From Hormiphora californensis (taxonomy: Eukaryota > Animalia > Ctenophora): a stretch of DNA of 64,000 nucleotides. Below, one piece after another: positions 1 to 13,209 of the stretch; position 1 is the first letter of the stretch, and each line of letters starts with the position of its first letter. The stretch spans positions 186,001 through 250,000 of the forward strand of contig CM035355.1 in assembly GCA_020137815.1 (NCBI GenBank), read 5' to 3'. Under the pieces are notes generated by a model. The model saw only the letters and a list, made by a program, of their open reading frames with translations. It searched no databases and was not told the DNA's origin. A program made the translations under genes and the position numbers.

Positions 1-88
1 CCGCAGTTTTTTTTCACACAACTATCACCGTTTTTACGTGACAGCTCGCCAACCGACCCGGAGAATATATGGGACACCCTGTATATAT

Positions 89-128
89 ACACCAGAGGAT
101 TCAGATTGACTGATGAAACTAGTTGTGT
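89..128 (+). ncRNA. Degenerate minimal hammerhead (Penelope-type; CAGAGGA instead of CUGAGGA)
   Basis: acac-CAGAGGA-uucag/auuga/cugau-GAAA-CUAG-UU-gugu: stem I acac/gugu and a palindromic CUAG loop. Confidence 0.5.
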
Positions 129-308
129 TTTATTAACCCCTCGTCTCCCTCCTTCACACATATATATATATCTGGAATCTGGAGCACCAACCTGACACTC
201 TCTGTCCTTGGATGTCGCCAGGTTGATGCTCCAACATTCCTACGCACCGGGAAACTCGTGCGGAATTATCTTCGACCGTGTCAAAAACCGTGTCACACAT
301 TATCATAC

Positions 309-383
309 CGAGCAATAGTTTAGTATATCCAGAGTATCTAACAATACTTCTTTCGTATGTAGTTCGTATCGCATCACCGACAA
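309..383 (-). CDS. SNX25: SNX25-like exon 12, coiled-coil start (LSVMRYELHTKEVLLDTLDILNYCS); gene continues beyond the window
   Basis: Acceptor ttaatttcag|, donor TCG|gtatga; 75 nt, phase 0 to 0. Confidence 0.72.
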
Positions 384-453
384 CTGAAATTAACGCTTAA
401 TATTAATAGGGCCAGATAGAGGTCGTGTTGACTACATTTTGGTGGGTGCTGAA

Positions 454-1459
454 GGTGACCTACAACTATGGCTCATGCAACTATAGCTCATAGAATCTAT
501 GAGCCATAGTTGTATGCAACTATGGCTCATAGATTCTATGAGCCATAGATGTATACAACTATGGCTCATAGTAATTTGATATTAAAGAAAACACGGTGAC
601 TTTTGGGGCTGTGGCATTGCCACCACAGTTGAATTTAATTCGAATGGCTCATTTCCCCAATACAATAAGCATCCTACAACACATTTGGTTAGAATAAATC
701 ATACAGATAAGTAGCTAACTAATATATCTAGGATTATGATTATTAATAGAAAGATAGATCGATAGAAAAATAGAGATATGTGTATTGAGTATAGAACAAG
801 AATTATTTGCATTATGTATCCATAATGCTACGTTTCCCTGCCCTCTTCGATTTGCCATTCAACTAGCCCAACAAGTAAGCTGTCCGCAAAATGAGGATTT
901 GTGTTTTTCGAATTTTTGAACAAAACGCAGAACAGATTTTTCAATTTCTCCATTTTCCCCAATCAAAACGTGCGGCCGATATAAAACAAATTTTGCCGCA
1001 CATTACAGTTTATAGCCGCACGCCCCTCATAAAATTTCAATTGTTTGCACGTGCGCATGTTACTCCGCAAGTGTCAGATAGCGCGCCGCGAGGTTGCCCC
1101 TCGCAACGAAAGTGTGACCAAAAAGGTCCCTCTACCGATTAGTTAGTTCGTTTTCGAATTCTAACCCTGCTATGCCTTTTTACAAAGTAAAAAGGCATCC
1201 GGGTGAATGCCTTCGGCATTCACCCGGGCAGGGAAAAAATAAACGAGATATGCCATCATTTATGACAGTAGCCTAAAGGTTTTACCCCTGGGACACCACA
1301 TGGGCCCGGGCCCGGGCATCCAAACTAATTTATTAAATTAGTTTTAGGACTAAATCAGAACACATTTCTATGAACCAATGAGCTATAATAGTTGTATGAG
1401 TCTATGGCTCACAGAATCTATGAGAGCTATAGTTGTGTGAGCCATAGCTGTAGGTAATC
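454..1459. mobile_element. MULE-like element with CAACTATGGCTCAT subterminal repeats; contains a nested HINE
   Basis: Termini ggtgacctac../..gtaggtaatc; 9-bp flanks ggtgctgaa/agtgctgaa. Confidence 0.65.
795..1239 (-). mobile_element. Helentron-associated (HINE-like) non-autonomous element
   Basis: On minus: 5' ttttttccctgccc subTIR plus hairpin ccgggtgaatgcc-gaa-ggcattcacccgg; 3' subTIR gggcagggaaa, then hairpin gcattatg..cataatgc and terminal tcttgtt. Confidence 0.75.
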
Positions 1460-1729
1460 AGTGCTGAAAACCCATAATAGCTTTATTAAAGAGAGAGATT
1501 AGTTCTATGCGCATTTTGCCTTTTTGCCGCTCAAAATCGACCCATCCATCACTGAGATATTTTTGTTACTCTCGGGGAATCAGTACTAGTAAACCCGTTC
1601 GCCCTACGGGCGAATTTCGGGGAAATGGTAGCTGGGTTAGGGAGCACTGACATCACCAGTCGACCTGTTGACATCCTATCTTAAGTTACTGTATCGTAAA
1701 AGGAGCGCAGGCGGGATCGCTGCGAGTTT

Positions 1730-2905
1730 CAGAACGTCAGCCACCAATGGGACCCCATCCTCCCCATTGTTGCATCCTCCTTCAACCCCCGTAGTGCCAA
1801 TATCCCCGGGTTCCAGTCTCCCTCCGTTCCCACTCCCCCTGCCACTAACCCGTCTCACGTATCACAGCTGTAGCCCCCCCCCCCTCTCCCTCCCTGCTCT
1901 CACCCCCTCTCATCCTACCACAACAACCCAGCTCACCACCCTATCTCATCTCCACCCTGTCACCCAATCCAATCACACCCTGGGTATTTATACCCACCAC
2001 ACAACCCATTCACTCTCTCCGCTGATGAAGATTACCCAAGTGTAATTGAAAGCTACGGTTAATTATATGTCGTGTTTACCTTGTCTATTGTTTCCTGGTA
2101 CTATCAGCCCTCTATGGATCTACAGCCTCCAGGAGACTCAGCATCCAACAGCCCACCCTCCATTTCTTCTTCCCCATTCTGCTCTCCACACCATCTTCCT
2201 TCCTCCATCTCCAGCGTAGAACGCCTCTCCTTCTTTCAATCCCTTCGGGAGACATGTGGTGTCCAAGCTGCTACCTCTACCAAACTTCTTCTCAAACTCC
2301 TGACGACCCTAGCGATCACCTCGTGCCACATCGCCTTCCTCAAATCTTGCAAGGACCATGGGTTCATAGTTCATACCCAAAGGTTTGCGCATACAGGACC
2401 CAGTTGGCACTCCACGTTCGACAGAAATCATGTTCAAGGCCTCCTCGCAGTGTTCATTCAACACTATCATGCTCCTTTTCTCAACCCTTACGATGTTCTT
2501 GTAGACTTTCACTTTACCCACCCTACTATCTCTGGACCCCTTCCCAAAACCCAACCCATCTGTCCCTCCCTTGACCCCTCCAAACTCGTAATCAATCTCC
2601 CAGGTACCGCCCTTAATCCAGGAGAAACTGAACTCCTCTCTCAAGGACTCAAGTTCACACCTTCTCCTACCTCCCATCCTGCCATCGACATCGCTCCCCG
2701 CATCCAACCCACCACCCAACGCCTCCCTCCCGGCATGAAAGCCGCTGCATCATGGGAGATCTCCCACATCCTATCCTCCTACACTCCTCCCTCTAAATCT
2801 TCGAACCTCACCACCAGCCAGCAAGAGGCTATTCGCACCCTCAAACAGAAACGTGGCACTCTTCGCATCCTCCCTGCAGACAAAGGAAATGCCACCGTAG
2901 TCATG
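1730..2905 (+). mobile_element. Penelope-like element fragment (pseudo-LTR plus N-terminal RT region, truncated after the DKG motif)
   Basis: ORF 2072-3025 contains VINL..LSQGLKF.P and NLT.SQ..A...LK....I.PADKGNATVVM, characteristic of the PLE N-terminus. Similarity stops at ~2905. A hammerhead lies upstream of the ORF. Confidence 0.88.
2019..2058 (+). ncRNA. Minimal type I hammerhead ribozyme of a Penelope pLTR
   Basis: ccg-CUGAUGA-a-gauuac/ccaagu/guaauu-GAAA-GC-UA-cgg: stem I ccg/cgg, 6-bp stem II, palindromic AGCU mini stem III. Confidence 0.8.
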
Positions 2906-3149
2906 TTCACGAAACATGGTGAACAGATCAAATCGAGCAAACGATCACACAACCGGCAGAGAGATGAATCAAGGATGCACGTGCAGTTTAAGGCTCAAGC
3001 TGGCAGGTTGCCAGGGTCCCTCTAGGGACAACACGTGCAAAATGCCATTTCCAGGAATTTCCAGGAAATAGGAACACTATTTGCCATATTTGGTAAAAAA
3101 ACGGGACACATCATTTCCCTATTTGCTTTAATAATAGTTTGATGTACTA

Positions 3150-3606
3150 TATCAACCACGTCCGAATCGTTTATCGAATCTTATCGCATGTCTTGCTGCT
3201 AATTAGACGGTTCGAAACGAACCGATACGTGATACCATGCCGAATCGGGGCAATTTCAGCGGGGTGAGGAGGAATTTGAATTTCAAAATATCTTTTTGTC
3301 TGAAAATTCATTGGGAGCACCGATCAAAGCATTTCCAATCATTCTGTAAAATTTTGCAAAAAAAAGTAATCAACCACGTCTGAATCGTGTTTCGAATCAG
3401 TACATCTTATCGCACGTCCTGTCGCTAATTAGACGGTTCGAAACGAACCGATACGTGATCCCCATGAAGCCAGTTTAACAAGTGTCAAAATTGCGATTCG
3501 ATGTGCCTCATGGGATCACATATCTGTTCGTTTCGAACCGTCTAATTACCGGCAAGACATGCAATAAGATGCACCGATTCGAAACACGATTCGGACGTGG
3601 TTGATA
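3150..3606. repeat. Foldback MITE (tatcaaccacgtccgaatcg ends) with a duplicated left arm
   Basis: Left arm at 3150 and again at 3369; inverted copy at 3510-3606. Confidence 0.65.
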
Positions 3607-3770
3607 CACATTTGAAAAATTTTCAAAAAATCCCAAAAAAAATTTTTGGGAAAATTCTTTGGGGGAAATTTATCCTGCCGTTAAATCGGAGTGCCGCTAA
3701 ATCGGGGGCCGTTAAATCGGGGTCCGACTGTATACAATAAGTTAACAGTAAAATAATTTAGATGTTTCAC

Positions 3771-3882
3771 CTTCTTACACTCTTCAGAATAGAGTACTCC
3801 TTGGCTTCCTGGGTATATATTTAACAGCTTCTTTTCGTTTCCTCCCCCCTCTGTTTCACAAACACATTGCATATACTGAGAA
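3771..3882 (-). CDS. SNX25: SNX25-like exon 11 (SSQYMQCVCETEGGGNEKKLLNIYPGSQGVLYSEECKK)
   Basis: TACTAAC branch-site match then catttttag| acceptor; donor AAG|gtgaaa; 112 nt, phase 2 to 0. An alternative GTAAG donor 8 nt upstream would break frame with exon 12. Confidence 0.8.
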
Positions 3883-6106
3883 CTAAAAATGAGCCTTCGT
3901 TAGTAGATGGAGTGTTACTGCTTTACTTATTATCATATACTGTCAGTCGGCAGTATTTTGCCCGGTAATTCACTAAAGCTTGTCAGGCACTGACTGCACA
4001 TCGCACACCCTCGATGTACACTGTACATTGTACAGTCAGGCCCCAAACTTTCCTTTATCACACGCAAAGATGAACACACACGCAAAGATGAAAACACGAT
4101 TTCAAAAATGAACATACGATTTCAACTCTTCAGAATTATTTGTTCTTGTAAAAAAAGACTCGCACGACTTTCCCACGGCGTGTGGGAAAAGTGAGAGACG
4201 TTTTTAGACTAACGACGCAACAGTACTTGGCTTGCGTGGCGCAACCCTTTCATCTGAGCTTAAAACTCAGATCTAAGTAGACCCTTTGGGGTAAGACCGT
4301 CCTCGCTACGTGGCCTAGGGTTCTCTTTCTCGAAATTTAACTGTTTTCGACGAGATTTTTCGGGGCGTCTGCGCCAATTCCATGAAGCAGTTTAAGTGAT
4401 TTCCAAACAATCAGGGCCTAGAATAAGGTCTAGTCTATCGTTCTAGGGGGGCTCTTTTTTGAATTTTTATCTCACCAAAAGCCCTTATGCAAAAAAGTGA
4501 TTTCAAAGCGATTTTTCGGGGCGTCTGCGCCAATTCCAGGAAGCAGTACAAGTGATTTCCAAACAATCAGGGCCTAGAAAAAGGTCTAGTCTATCGTTCT
4601 AGGGGGGCTCTTTTTTGAAATTTTTTTCCACGAAGAGCCCTAACGTGGCCTCACGTAGCCACACTGGGCCTTCGGCCCGGTGCGAAGAGGACGGTCTTAT
4701 ATGAGACAAACTAAAGCATGATCATCATCATCATCAGCACGGATTTTGTGATGTTTATATATCTCGACTAAAACGCGGAGTTTTTACGTCAGCCGACACG
4801 AAACCGGATTAAATTTTGCCACCCGCTGGTCTCAGGGCCTCCAAATATGTCAAAATATGTCTGAATTGTCATTTGGGGTCATTTAGACCTTTTAATTACA
4901 TGTAATTACCCTTTAATTACATGTAATTACATTTTAATTACATGTAATTACTTCCAATTACATTCCAATTACTTCAGCACCTCGAGAGCTTTCGAACGCA
5001 CCCTAGAACACCTTTCTACTCCTTCTAATTGCCGAGTTCTGTATACCCCTTATTTAGACTGTTTTTCGCGTCCTACCCCTTATAGGTTTGGGTATGGCCC
5101 AAGATCAGAAGCAGTCCCTTTGGTTGAGGAGAATTCGTTGAGCTCCCAGCCCCGACCAGGAGTAAGCGGACGACTCCCAGTCAAGACTGGGAGCTGTAAG
5201 CCGCTGCGCCACGTCAAGGCTTCCCCTCATACGAGCGGCCTGGTGCTGTTGGTGGACTTCATTGATTACTTTTTAGATGGCTAAGAGGGTGCAGAGAGGG
5301 TCCCCCCTCTCAGGTAGGCATTAATAGCACCCTCCATAACCGATGATGCCGCGCCACTGGTCCATTACCGGAAACCGTAGGATCTGATCCAACCCCAAAA
5401 GATAAATCGGCCTCTCTCACCAGAACCAACCGTGATAACGTTCCAGGAGAGACAGGAGTAAGCAGGCCGATACGGTACGGGAGTTTGCTAAGCTCCCGAA
5501 ACGGATTGTTTTTCAACCTTTACTGGTTTAGTACCGTGGTGTTCCGTTTCGCTTATCGTTTAGTCTGGTATCACCCAGGACAGAATAGCGATTAACAGTC
5601 GCACCTTGTGAGGGATGTGATTCCGTGGCTCAGAGCCCTTTCTAGTGGACAGAAAGACCGCTACCGCCACCAACAACCCAATCAAAATACGTGTGGCGGT
5701 GGCGCGCGGGTTAGTTTACCCCAAACACATAAATACCCGAACTTTTTTGTAAGTTGCTCTGTAATGCGCCAGTGGCGAGCAGTGCCACTGGCACGCTCTC
5801 AATGGCAGCTGCACGGCGGTTTATCTTCCACTGGCTGGCAGTTTATTTTTAACCCCTATGTTACATTCAAAGTCTGTGTAAATGATCAGTTCTTACTGAA
5901 ATACAGAAACAACTCATTCCTTCAATTACTTTCTCTTTATCGCCCTTTCTGTCTCACTATTTCAATTCCTCTGTGTCATGTCTAACATGCCCCTTATTAT
6001 GTTATTTATGTTATTTATGTCATGTTTTTCTCTCCAAACAATATATACACTCAATTTTGAGCTGATTTTGACTGTTTCTCAGTTCTTTTTGTGTGTTTTG
6101 GTAAGT

Positions 6107-6155
<49 letters not shown>

Positions 6156-6733
6156 ATAGTTTTTGTTCCAAACCCTTTATGGTCCAGCGAGACCAGATCA
6201 CCAATCCGAAGATGAGATCAAGATTCATAGACACATAGAAACCCGATAGCTGATTTAATTTTTGAACATTTTGCGCGCTCATGATAACTGCTAGCTGGGA
6301 GATTTAACACCCTGCTCGCGTTTTAACAGTCCTGCTCTCTTTTTCACGCATTTCTCTTCATTTGAATAACATGCGTGTAAAATTTAGAGTAATTAAAATG
6401 TGTGTAAACACACAGTTCTGTCAGCAACAGAGAGGGGAACACATCCGCAACACTTTTCAACGTTATCTCTCTCATAAAAAGTCAAAAGAATCGCATTCCT
6501 ATCTCTTCTCTCTCTCTCATTCTCTCTTTTACTGTTCAATATCTCTCACTGTGTGTATTGGCCCCAACCTTGCTCTCTCTTACTCAAAAATGTTAGGGAC
6601 AGTTAGTCTACACACAGTTTGGGGACGTCTGTTGACTATTTGCCAGTACTCCTAGTGTGTTTTACCTTGTGTTGTGTCTCTTGTTAGTGTGTAATTGCTA
6701 TCGGGTTTCATAAACTATGAAAGTTTGTTAGCT

Positions 6734-7368
6734 CAGTGGTGGCCCCAGCCTGGGGTGGTGGGGGGGGGGTGGCCACCCCCCCAAAACTTTTCAAACAGGG
6801 GTTGTTGGGGGTGGTAAAATAGCTTTAAAAAGTGTTCTAAATCGCTTTAAATTGATCAAAATCTAAAATTTTCCAGGGGCTTCGCTCCTAACCCACACCT
6901 AGGGCTGAAAATCGTTAAAATATTGTTCTAAATTGCTTAAAATTGATCAAAAACTAAAATTTTCCGGGGGCTTCGCCCCTTACCCACACCAGGGGCTGAA
7001 CATCATTAAAAAATTTGCCCCCACCAAGGGCTAAAAAATTGATAAAATATTGTTCTAAATTGCTTTAATTCATTAAAATTTCCAGGGGGCTTCGCCCCTT
7101 GTGACTGAAAATCGTTGAAAAAGTTTTCTATAAGGGCTGAAAATTCTTAAAAAAATTGTTCCAAAATGCTTAAAACTCATCAAAAACTAAAATTTTCCGG
7201 GGGCTTCGCCCCCTAGCCCCCACCAAGGGCTCCCGGATCTGCCCCTGGACCCCGTTGGGGGGCTGCGCCCCCAAAACCCCCTGCCGCAGCTCCCTCGGTC
7301 GCTAGGTTTGGACTTGAAGTGTGGCCTTCGGCCACCCCCCCAAAAAATCCGTGCTGGGGCCACCCCTG
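6734..7368. mobile_element. hAT-like MITE
   Basis: 16-bp TIR cagtggtggccccagc (15/16); 8-bp TSD tgttagct; internal ggggcttcgcccc hairpin repeats. Confidence 0.85.
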
Positions 7369-7395
7369 TGTTAGCTTATCGCGTTATAGGTTTAA

Positions 7396-7798
7396 AGTGA
7401 GAGTGGACAGAAAGCTATGATCCTGAGAGTAATGGAGGTTATAAGGGACGGCAACCTGAGTAGAATGCTGTTTTGGGCATCTCCAACCGACCACAGCTGC
7501 CTGAGTTATATTTGGTACTTGCGCCCACGCGACGCAACGTAGGGCGCCAATAAATTTCACATTAACCTGCGCGGCGTCAAAAAGCCGCACAAAAATGCAA
7601 ATTAGCTACAAAAAGTTTTAAAATTTTATTTTGAAATTTTTTTTTCGAGTTTTTAGCCGCGTCGCGTGGGCGCAAGTACCCAATATAACTCAGGCAGCTG
7701 TGATCGGTTGGAGATGCCCAAAACATCATTCTACTCAGGTTGCCGTCCCTTACAACCTCCATTACTATCAGGATCATAGCTTTCTGTCCACTCTCACT
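7396..7798. mobile_element. Kolobok-like palindromic MITE
   Basis: AGTGAGAGTGGAC termini; TTAA TSD; empty site at 32657-60 in the paralog. Confidence 0.8.
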
Positions 7799-9335
7799 TT
7801 AAATCACCTCCCCCTCACCCTCGGCTGGCGCCTCGGGATCGGCGTCGTGATTTAAACCAGTTTAATCGCCCTGCCGGGCGATTAAACTCCAGTTGGCTCT
7901 CCCCAGCTCGCGCTGGGAAAAGCCAACTTCATAACGTGCCAACCTACAAACCTTCATAGTTCATGTATCCCAGAACGATCAGCTTTCGTTTCCGGTGGCG
8001 TGATACAAGGTATCATTTCCCCGGATTCGGAGCGTACCACTCCATGACCTCTGGATCAAAAAACATGATGCTGTAGGTTTGCACCCGTACTTAAATGTAC
8101 AGGTCTTGGGTTTCACTCATAACGGTGGTTCCCTTTATAAGAGATGTAGCTTTGGAAGGGAAGAAACCGCCCTCTCTAGGACTCAGGAGTCAGGGTCGTT
8201 TCGTTTTTGGCACTCCTACCCTCTGGTTTATTGAACCAGTACATACCGTGTGGGTTCACGGAACAAGGGGTTTAGCCCCTGCAGGTATAGCGTCCCCTCC
8301 GATCCTTGTTGTGTTTATTCGAGTTCCGTTCCTCCCCATCTTTAGTGGAATCGGTTGCTTCTCTTTATTAGTTTTGTGATTTTGCTTAGGTTGAGTGTCT
8401 CGTCTCGTATATTTCTTTTTTGATTGTGAGGTATCCGAGTCTATATTTTGCATCGTCGAGATCTGGGCGATACATGAGGACTCTATCTTGTTAGTGTGTA
8501 ATACTATAAATAATAACCTATTAAACTCTGACCACTGGTACTCCTCCGCCTCTCCTCCGACGACGCTTTCAAAACGGATCGGTTGTCAGCCGTTGTCCGT
8601 GACGGACGGAAGAACGGACACATTTAGTTAACTCCACGATCTGCTGATTTCTAAAACCTGAATGATCTTTTTAGCACGTGCGTGCTAAAAACATCATCCC
8701 GGGTGAATGCCCGAAAGCTGAGCTTTCAACGCCTTTAAGTTTCAATTAGATTTACAAAGAAGTTAAATCAATTCGAGCGTTATTCTGTAACGCACAGGGA
8801 AAAAATAATGATGATTTGATCATTATTATAATGAGATCTGATCAGGATTAAATAGGGAGGAAACAACCTCGCGAGGTAGCTCAATAGGTTAGAGCAATGT
8901 ACATGCAGAGGTTGTCCTCTTCCTATTTAATCCTGATCAGATCTCATTATAATAATTAACAAATGACCCTTCCACCCTGAGATCTGCCCGCTGTATGTTT
9001 CCCCTTCACTGTTGTACAGTAGGGCGTGTTGTGTGAGAAAAGAGAGAAACGTGAGAATGCAGCGAGTGAAGATACTATCTATCTTGTTCCGATTTGATCA
9101 TTGTACTAGTTTTCCTGGCGTAAAGTTTGAAAATGTTGCTGGTTATAATCATGGAAACCCCAGGCCCCGAAAGTCCATGTATCAAAACATTTGCACGTTT
9201 TTTAATTTCTGCGGCCGTTAGCCTATCACCCTATCGGACATGCGGCCCCGGCTATCCACCAAACTGGTTTTTGGATCTAGTTTTACTGTTATCGTTTTTA
9301 AGGCGGCAGGAGAAAACCAAAGGTGTGGTACCAAC

Positions 9336-9469
9336 CTGATAAGAAATTGTTTGTGGTATTGTTCTAGTAGTATGTTGTATGCTTCTTCTTGAATCTCCGA
9401 GACAAACTTCCAATACCTACTGTCCCCTTCAACATACGCCTCAGCCATTAGAACTAAGTGCCGTGATAT
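9336..9469 (-). CDS. SNX25: SNX25-like exon 10, end of RGS (ISRHLVLMAEAYVEGDSRYWKFVSEIQEEAYNILLEQYHKQFLI)
   Basis: Acceptor acttctctacag|, donor AG|gttggt; 134 nt, phase 0 to 2; IQEExYxxLxxxYxxxFLxS RGS C-terminal pattern. Confidence 0.9.
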
Positions 9470-10266
9470 CTGTAGAGAAGTATGGATTGCATTAACCGAC
9501 TTAAAAGAACTAAAAGAACCAGGGGCGGCCACACCAAGGACGTGTTTGCCAGAAATGACTTCGCGATTAAGTGAGAATGGACAGAATCAGATTTGGACAA
9601 GTTTGTTGGAGGTTGAAGAGATTAGTTCTATGAGTACTTTGCCTTTTTGCCGCTCAAAATCGACCCATCCATAACTGAGATAATTTTGTTACTCTCGGGG
9701 AATTCCCGTTAAACAGAAAAGAAACAATCGTCGTGTTTTACTAACACATTCTGAATATAAGCAGTGAGGTTGACATGTCCATGCACAGAAGCAGAGCAAT
9801 GCAAGTCAGCATATTAACAATTTAAAGAATGTGTTAGTAAAACACAATGATTTTTTCTATCCTGTTTGATAAATATTGATCCAGCAGGAATTCCCCGAGA
9901 GTAACAAAAATATCTCATTGATGGAAGCTACCTTTTTTACCTAGGCATGTTTTACCGAATTTTCACCTAGGTAAAAATGCGGTGCACCATCTCATTTAAA
10001 CCACGTTTTACCTAGGAACTCTACCTGATTTTCACCTAATGTGAAGTTCGCCTCGAGTCACGTAAAATGAGGATTAAATGAGATGGTTCGTTTGATGAAA
10101 GTTTAGTAGGGCATCAAGTCGGAGGGTCCTGTAACGGCTTTACCCTCCTCCCACACCGTCCTCTGATCAGTGATCACCCTAACCTCGCTGTTCGGAGTAA
10201 GGTGCTCGCCAGCTATTTAACAAACATTCGGCTTAAGATAAATAAATGTAAGTCGCCTGGTATTAC

Positions 10267-10428
10267 CTGGTATGTCCTATAAGGAGATGCAACTGTAAGG
10301 TGGTCATGGTACATCTTGTAAATCAGGGAATAAAGTAAGTCTTCCTTATTTCCACTTGCTGCAACTCTACATTCCTCTATTAACAGCCATAGCTTTAGTG
10401 TTCCATAATCCCCCTCTTTTTCCAAAAA
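10267..10428 (-). CDS. SNX25: SNX25-like exon 9, RGS domain (FLEKEGDYGTLKLWLLIEEC..IYKMYHDHLTVASPYRTYQ)
   Basis: Acceptor ttctccactcag|, donor CAG|gtaata; 162 nt, phase 0 to 0; RGS FL..W..E pattern. Confidence 0.9.
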
Positions 10429-10479
10429 CTGAGTGGAGAATAATATAGGGTATTCATTTGGTGACATTGACACCTAGTG

Positions 10480-11120
10480 CGTGCGAGATCGAGGTCGCAC
10501 AGCGACCGAGATCGAGCTCGCACATAGGTGTCCGCTCCGCCCCCTAAAAAAGGGTCGTGTCTTTCAAGCCAAATTGCACGTGATCCACTGGACCGATTTG
10601 CATCCGGTTTGTCGCAAAAGACTACAAATTGGTCCTAGTTTACTGGAAAATACCCGAGAAGTTTGTCTGTCAACAGGAAGTGGGTCAAAATTGACACTGA
10701 AGTCAAATCTATAATCTGGCTTCCGAGCCTTTTTGCACCACTCCCAGACGGTGTAGAATGAATCTGAGGGTATCAGAAGATAGGTTGAACTCTTGTGAGT
10801 ACTGGAAAATACCCGGCATTAATAGCTGATGCTAATTGCATCAACATATCTCCCAATATCTTCTTAATCGCATGGGCGTAGTGCAGAAACTCTCGGAAGC
10901 CAGATTACAGGTTTGACTTCAGTGTCAATTTTGACCCACTTCCTGTTGACAGACAAACTTCTCGGGTATTTTCCAGTATATTAGGATCATTTGTAGTCTT
11001 TTGCGACAAACCGGATGCAAATCGGTCCAGTGGATCGTGTGCAACATCCCTTGAAAGAAACGACCCTTTTTGAGGCGGAGCAGACACCTGTGTGTGAGCT
11101 CAATCTTGGTCGCGCACGGT
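10480..11120. repeat. Palindromic repeat (related fragment at ~18490-18700)
   Basis: ORFs 10481+ and 11087- end in the same peptide because the arms are inverted copies. Confidence 0.7.
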
Positions 11121-13209
11121 GTCTATGTCACCAAGGTATTCATATGGGATCTTTCCAAACGTTTCGGTCTCCAAATTTCGCAAAAAGTGGCTCAAAAGAT
11201 CTGAAGATCTAAATTGAGAGCTGGAGCCCAAAATACCTCGGATCATCATGGAACTCTCAACTAAAAACCATTTTAGCAAAGTCTCAGACCCAGAAAACAA
11301 GAATTATCACTGCGCTGGCAAGCGCAAAGGTTGCCATCCCCCCCCCCCAAAGCGCCGCCAGAAACGCAGCTATACGTTTTATGGGTGTTTTGGCTGAAAA
11401 TCCAGATTTTAGAAGGCTATAGCGTGGCTCCCTTTCATGTCATTTGACTTGAAATTTGGAATGTATACCCGGCTTGGGGTCTTTGACTCAAGTTTAAAAT
11501 TTCAAGTCTCTATCTCATCCTAGAATTGAAGTTACAGATAGGTCCCATTTGCCATGAATTCATGTAACAGTGCTGCTTGTAGTCAAAATACCGTAATGAA
11601 AATACAGTAAGGAGACGCGCACGGTGCATAACACACGGCAAAAAGTTCATGTGTAAGCACGTACTAGCGCCCTGATTGGTCACGGTTGCGCGTCGTCTTA
11701 CTGTATCTTCGTTTTCCATTACCGTTTTCCCACTACAAGCGACCGTGTAACACACGTATACGCGTGTGCGTAGGAGAGACGCTTTTTATAAACCATATTC
11801 ACGCCAAACGAAAAGAGATAGAAACTTCTCGTTTTCACAGCTGGTAGATCTACTGGATGTGTGTGCATTAGTCGATATGTGGTCTCTTTTAATCGCCAGG
11901 AACGTCCCACAGAACGTCTTAAAGTCGTCATTTTTCAGACTCTGACCAAAATTCTTTGAGGATTCTAATCGAAAAACGAAGGTTGTTCCACAATGATCGG
12001 GACTGTTATAGGTGTAGCTAAAAAACTAGACAACTTAGGGAAATTCTGCCGACAGCATCGTGTTTTTGGGATCATTTTCTCTTATAAGAAGCTTCGTTAA
12101 GATCCTGTTGCGTTTTTATAGTAGGAACCAGGAAGTGTACTTTACAAATCTCACTTTTTTCGCCGCTGCAAATGAAAAAAGTGACTTTTTTCAAGAAGCT
12201 CTGAGGTCCCTTAAAATTCATTAATCAATAAAATAAACAGTGCTAGGTGTTCGGAAATTGTCTGGGCTTAAACATAAGCGGATTATTTTTTCATGAAGTT
12301 TTAATTTGTGCGGCGCAGTAGTCATTTCCTGTTGAACCTTAAAATCCGAATTTTCAAGAAACTGTGGCCCTTGCCAGTACATTATAGAGGTTCCAAAACA
12401 CAATCTTGATAGCTAAAAGTATAATTGAAACGATTATCTTTGTGAATCCATTCATTTAAAATCTTTAAATGGTCATTTTGATACCTTTTTTGGGGTTTTA
12501 AAAAAGTTGCCCCAAAATCGCCACTGTTTTTAGTCATTTTTAGTCATTTTTTGGGAACTTTTGCCGATATTGAACAACTAAACCGAATTTTTCCAACGAA
12601 TTTCACACAAATGACTCAATTAGGTCCAAGTCTAACCCCTCACGGCGTAAAATCAAATGTCGGTCATAATAAGGTACCTTAATTGGTCGATAATTGGTCG
12701 GGCAGCGGAGGATATTTCGAGATGTTGAAAATTGGCCCTAAATCCGGAACCAAACAGTTAGCGACAAAACTAATACCAGTTTTTCTCTTTCAAATTAAGT
12801 AATTGACCCAGTTTGATTCAGGGGCTTGCATAGCGTGGTGTATGGCCCAAGTCCCAATCATTGTGGAACAACCTAATAGAAAGAAAATTTTCGAAACTTT
12901 CAGAAACTATATTGTGAATTTTCAAAACTACATGTATAAGGGTCTTAAAACGCGTCTGAAGTGTTATGACTGTTTAAAAATAGATATGACGATATGGGTT
13001 TTTTCGCCATAGCGGACTCAAATCTCATCCAATCGATCTCAAACTTGGTCAGTATCTTTATCTAGGTAATCCCGATGATATGACGCTTTAATTGTGACGT
13101 CATGATTAATTAGATTTAGTTGTTAGATTTAGTTGCACCATTTCGTCATATCTTCGTATCTTGGACATCTAGATTCCCCTGTTTTAAAGTACTTCAACCA
13201 TTTCCCTTT

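Larger units (their letters stand above)
6190..7962. mobile_element. Multi-hairpin (Crypton-like) repeat family hosting nested MITEs; paralogs at 27990-33013 (hosts the HERO-like element), 35575-36221 and 56720-56864
   Basis: Shared body and an end block of stacked hairpins (cctcggct..gcctcgg, tttaatcgccc..gggcgattaaa, agttggct..agccaact) bracketed by ctatgaa.gtttgt/acaaac.ttcatag. The Crypton label is tentative. Confidence 0.5.

Noticed and set aside
3933-4021. Cys-rich segment VHRGCAMCSQC.. as the exon after the RGS domain
   Set aside because: Phase-compatible, but it runs into a stop with no good donor. 3771-3882 has a TACTAAC branch site and continues in frame to the next exon.
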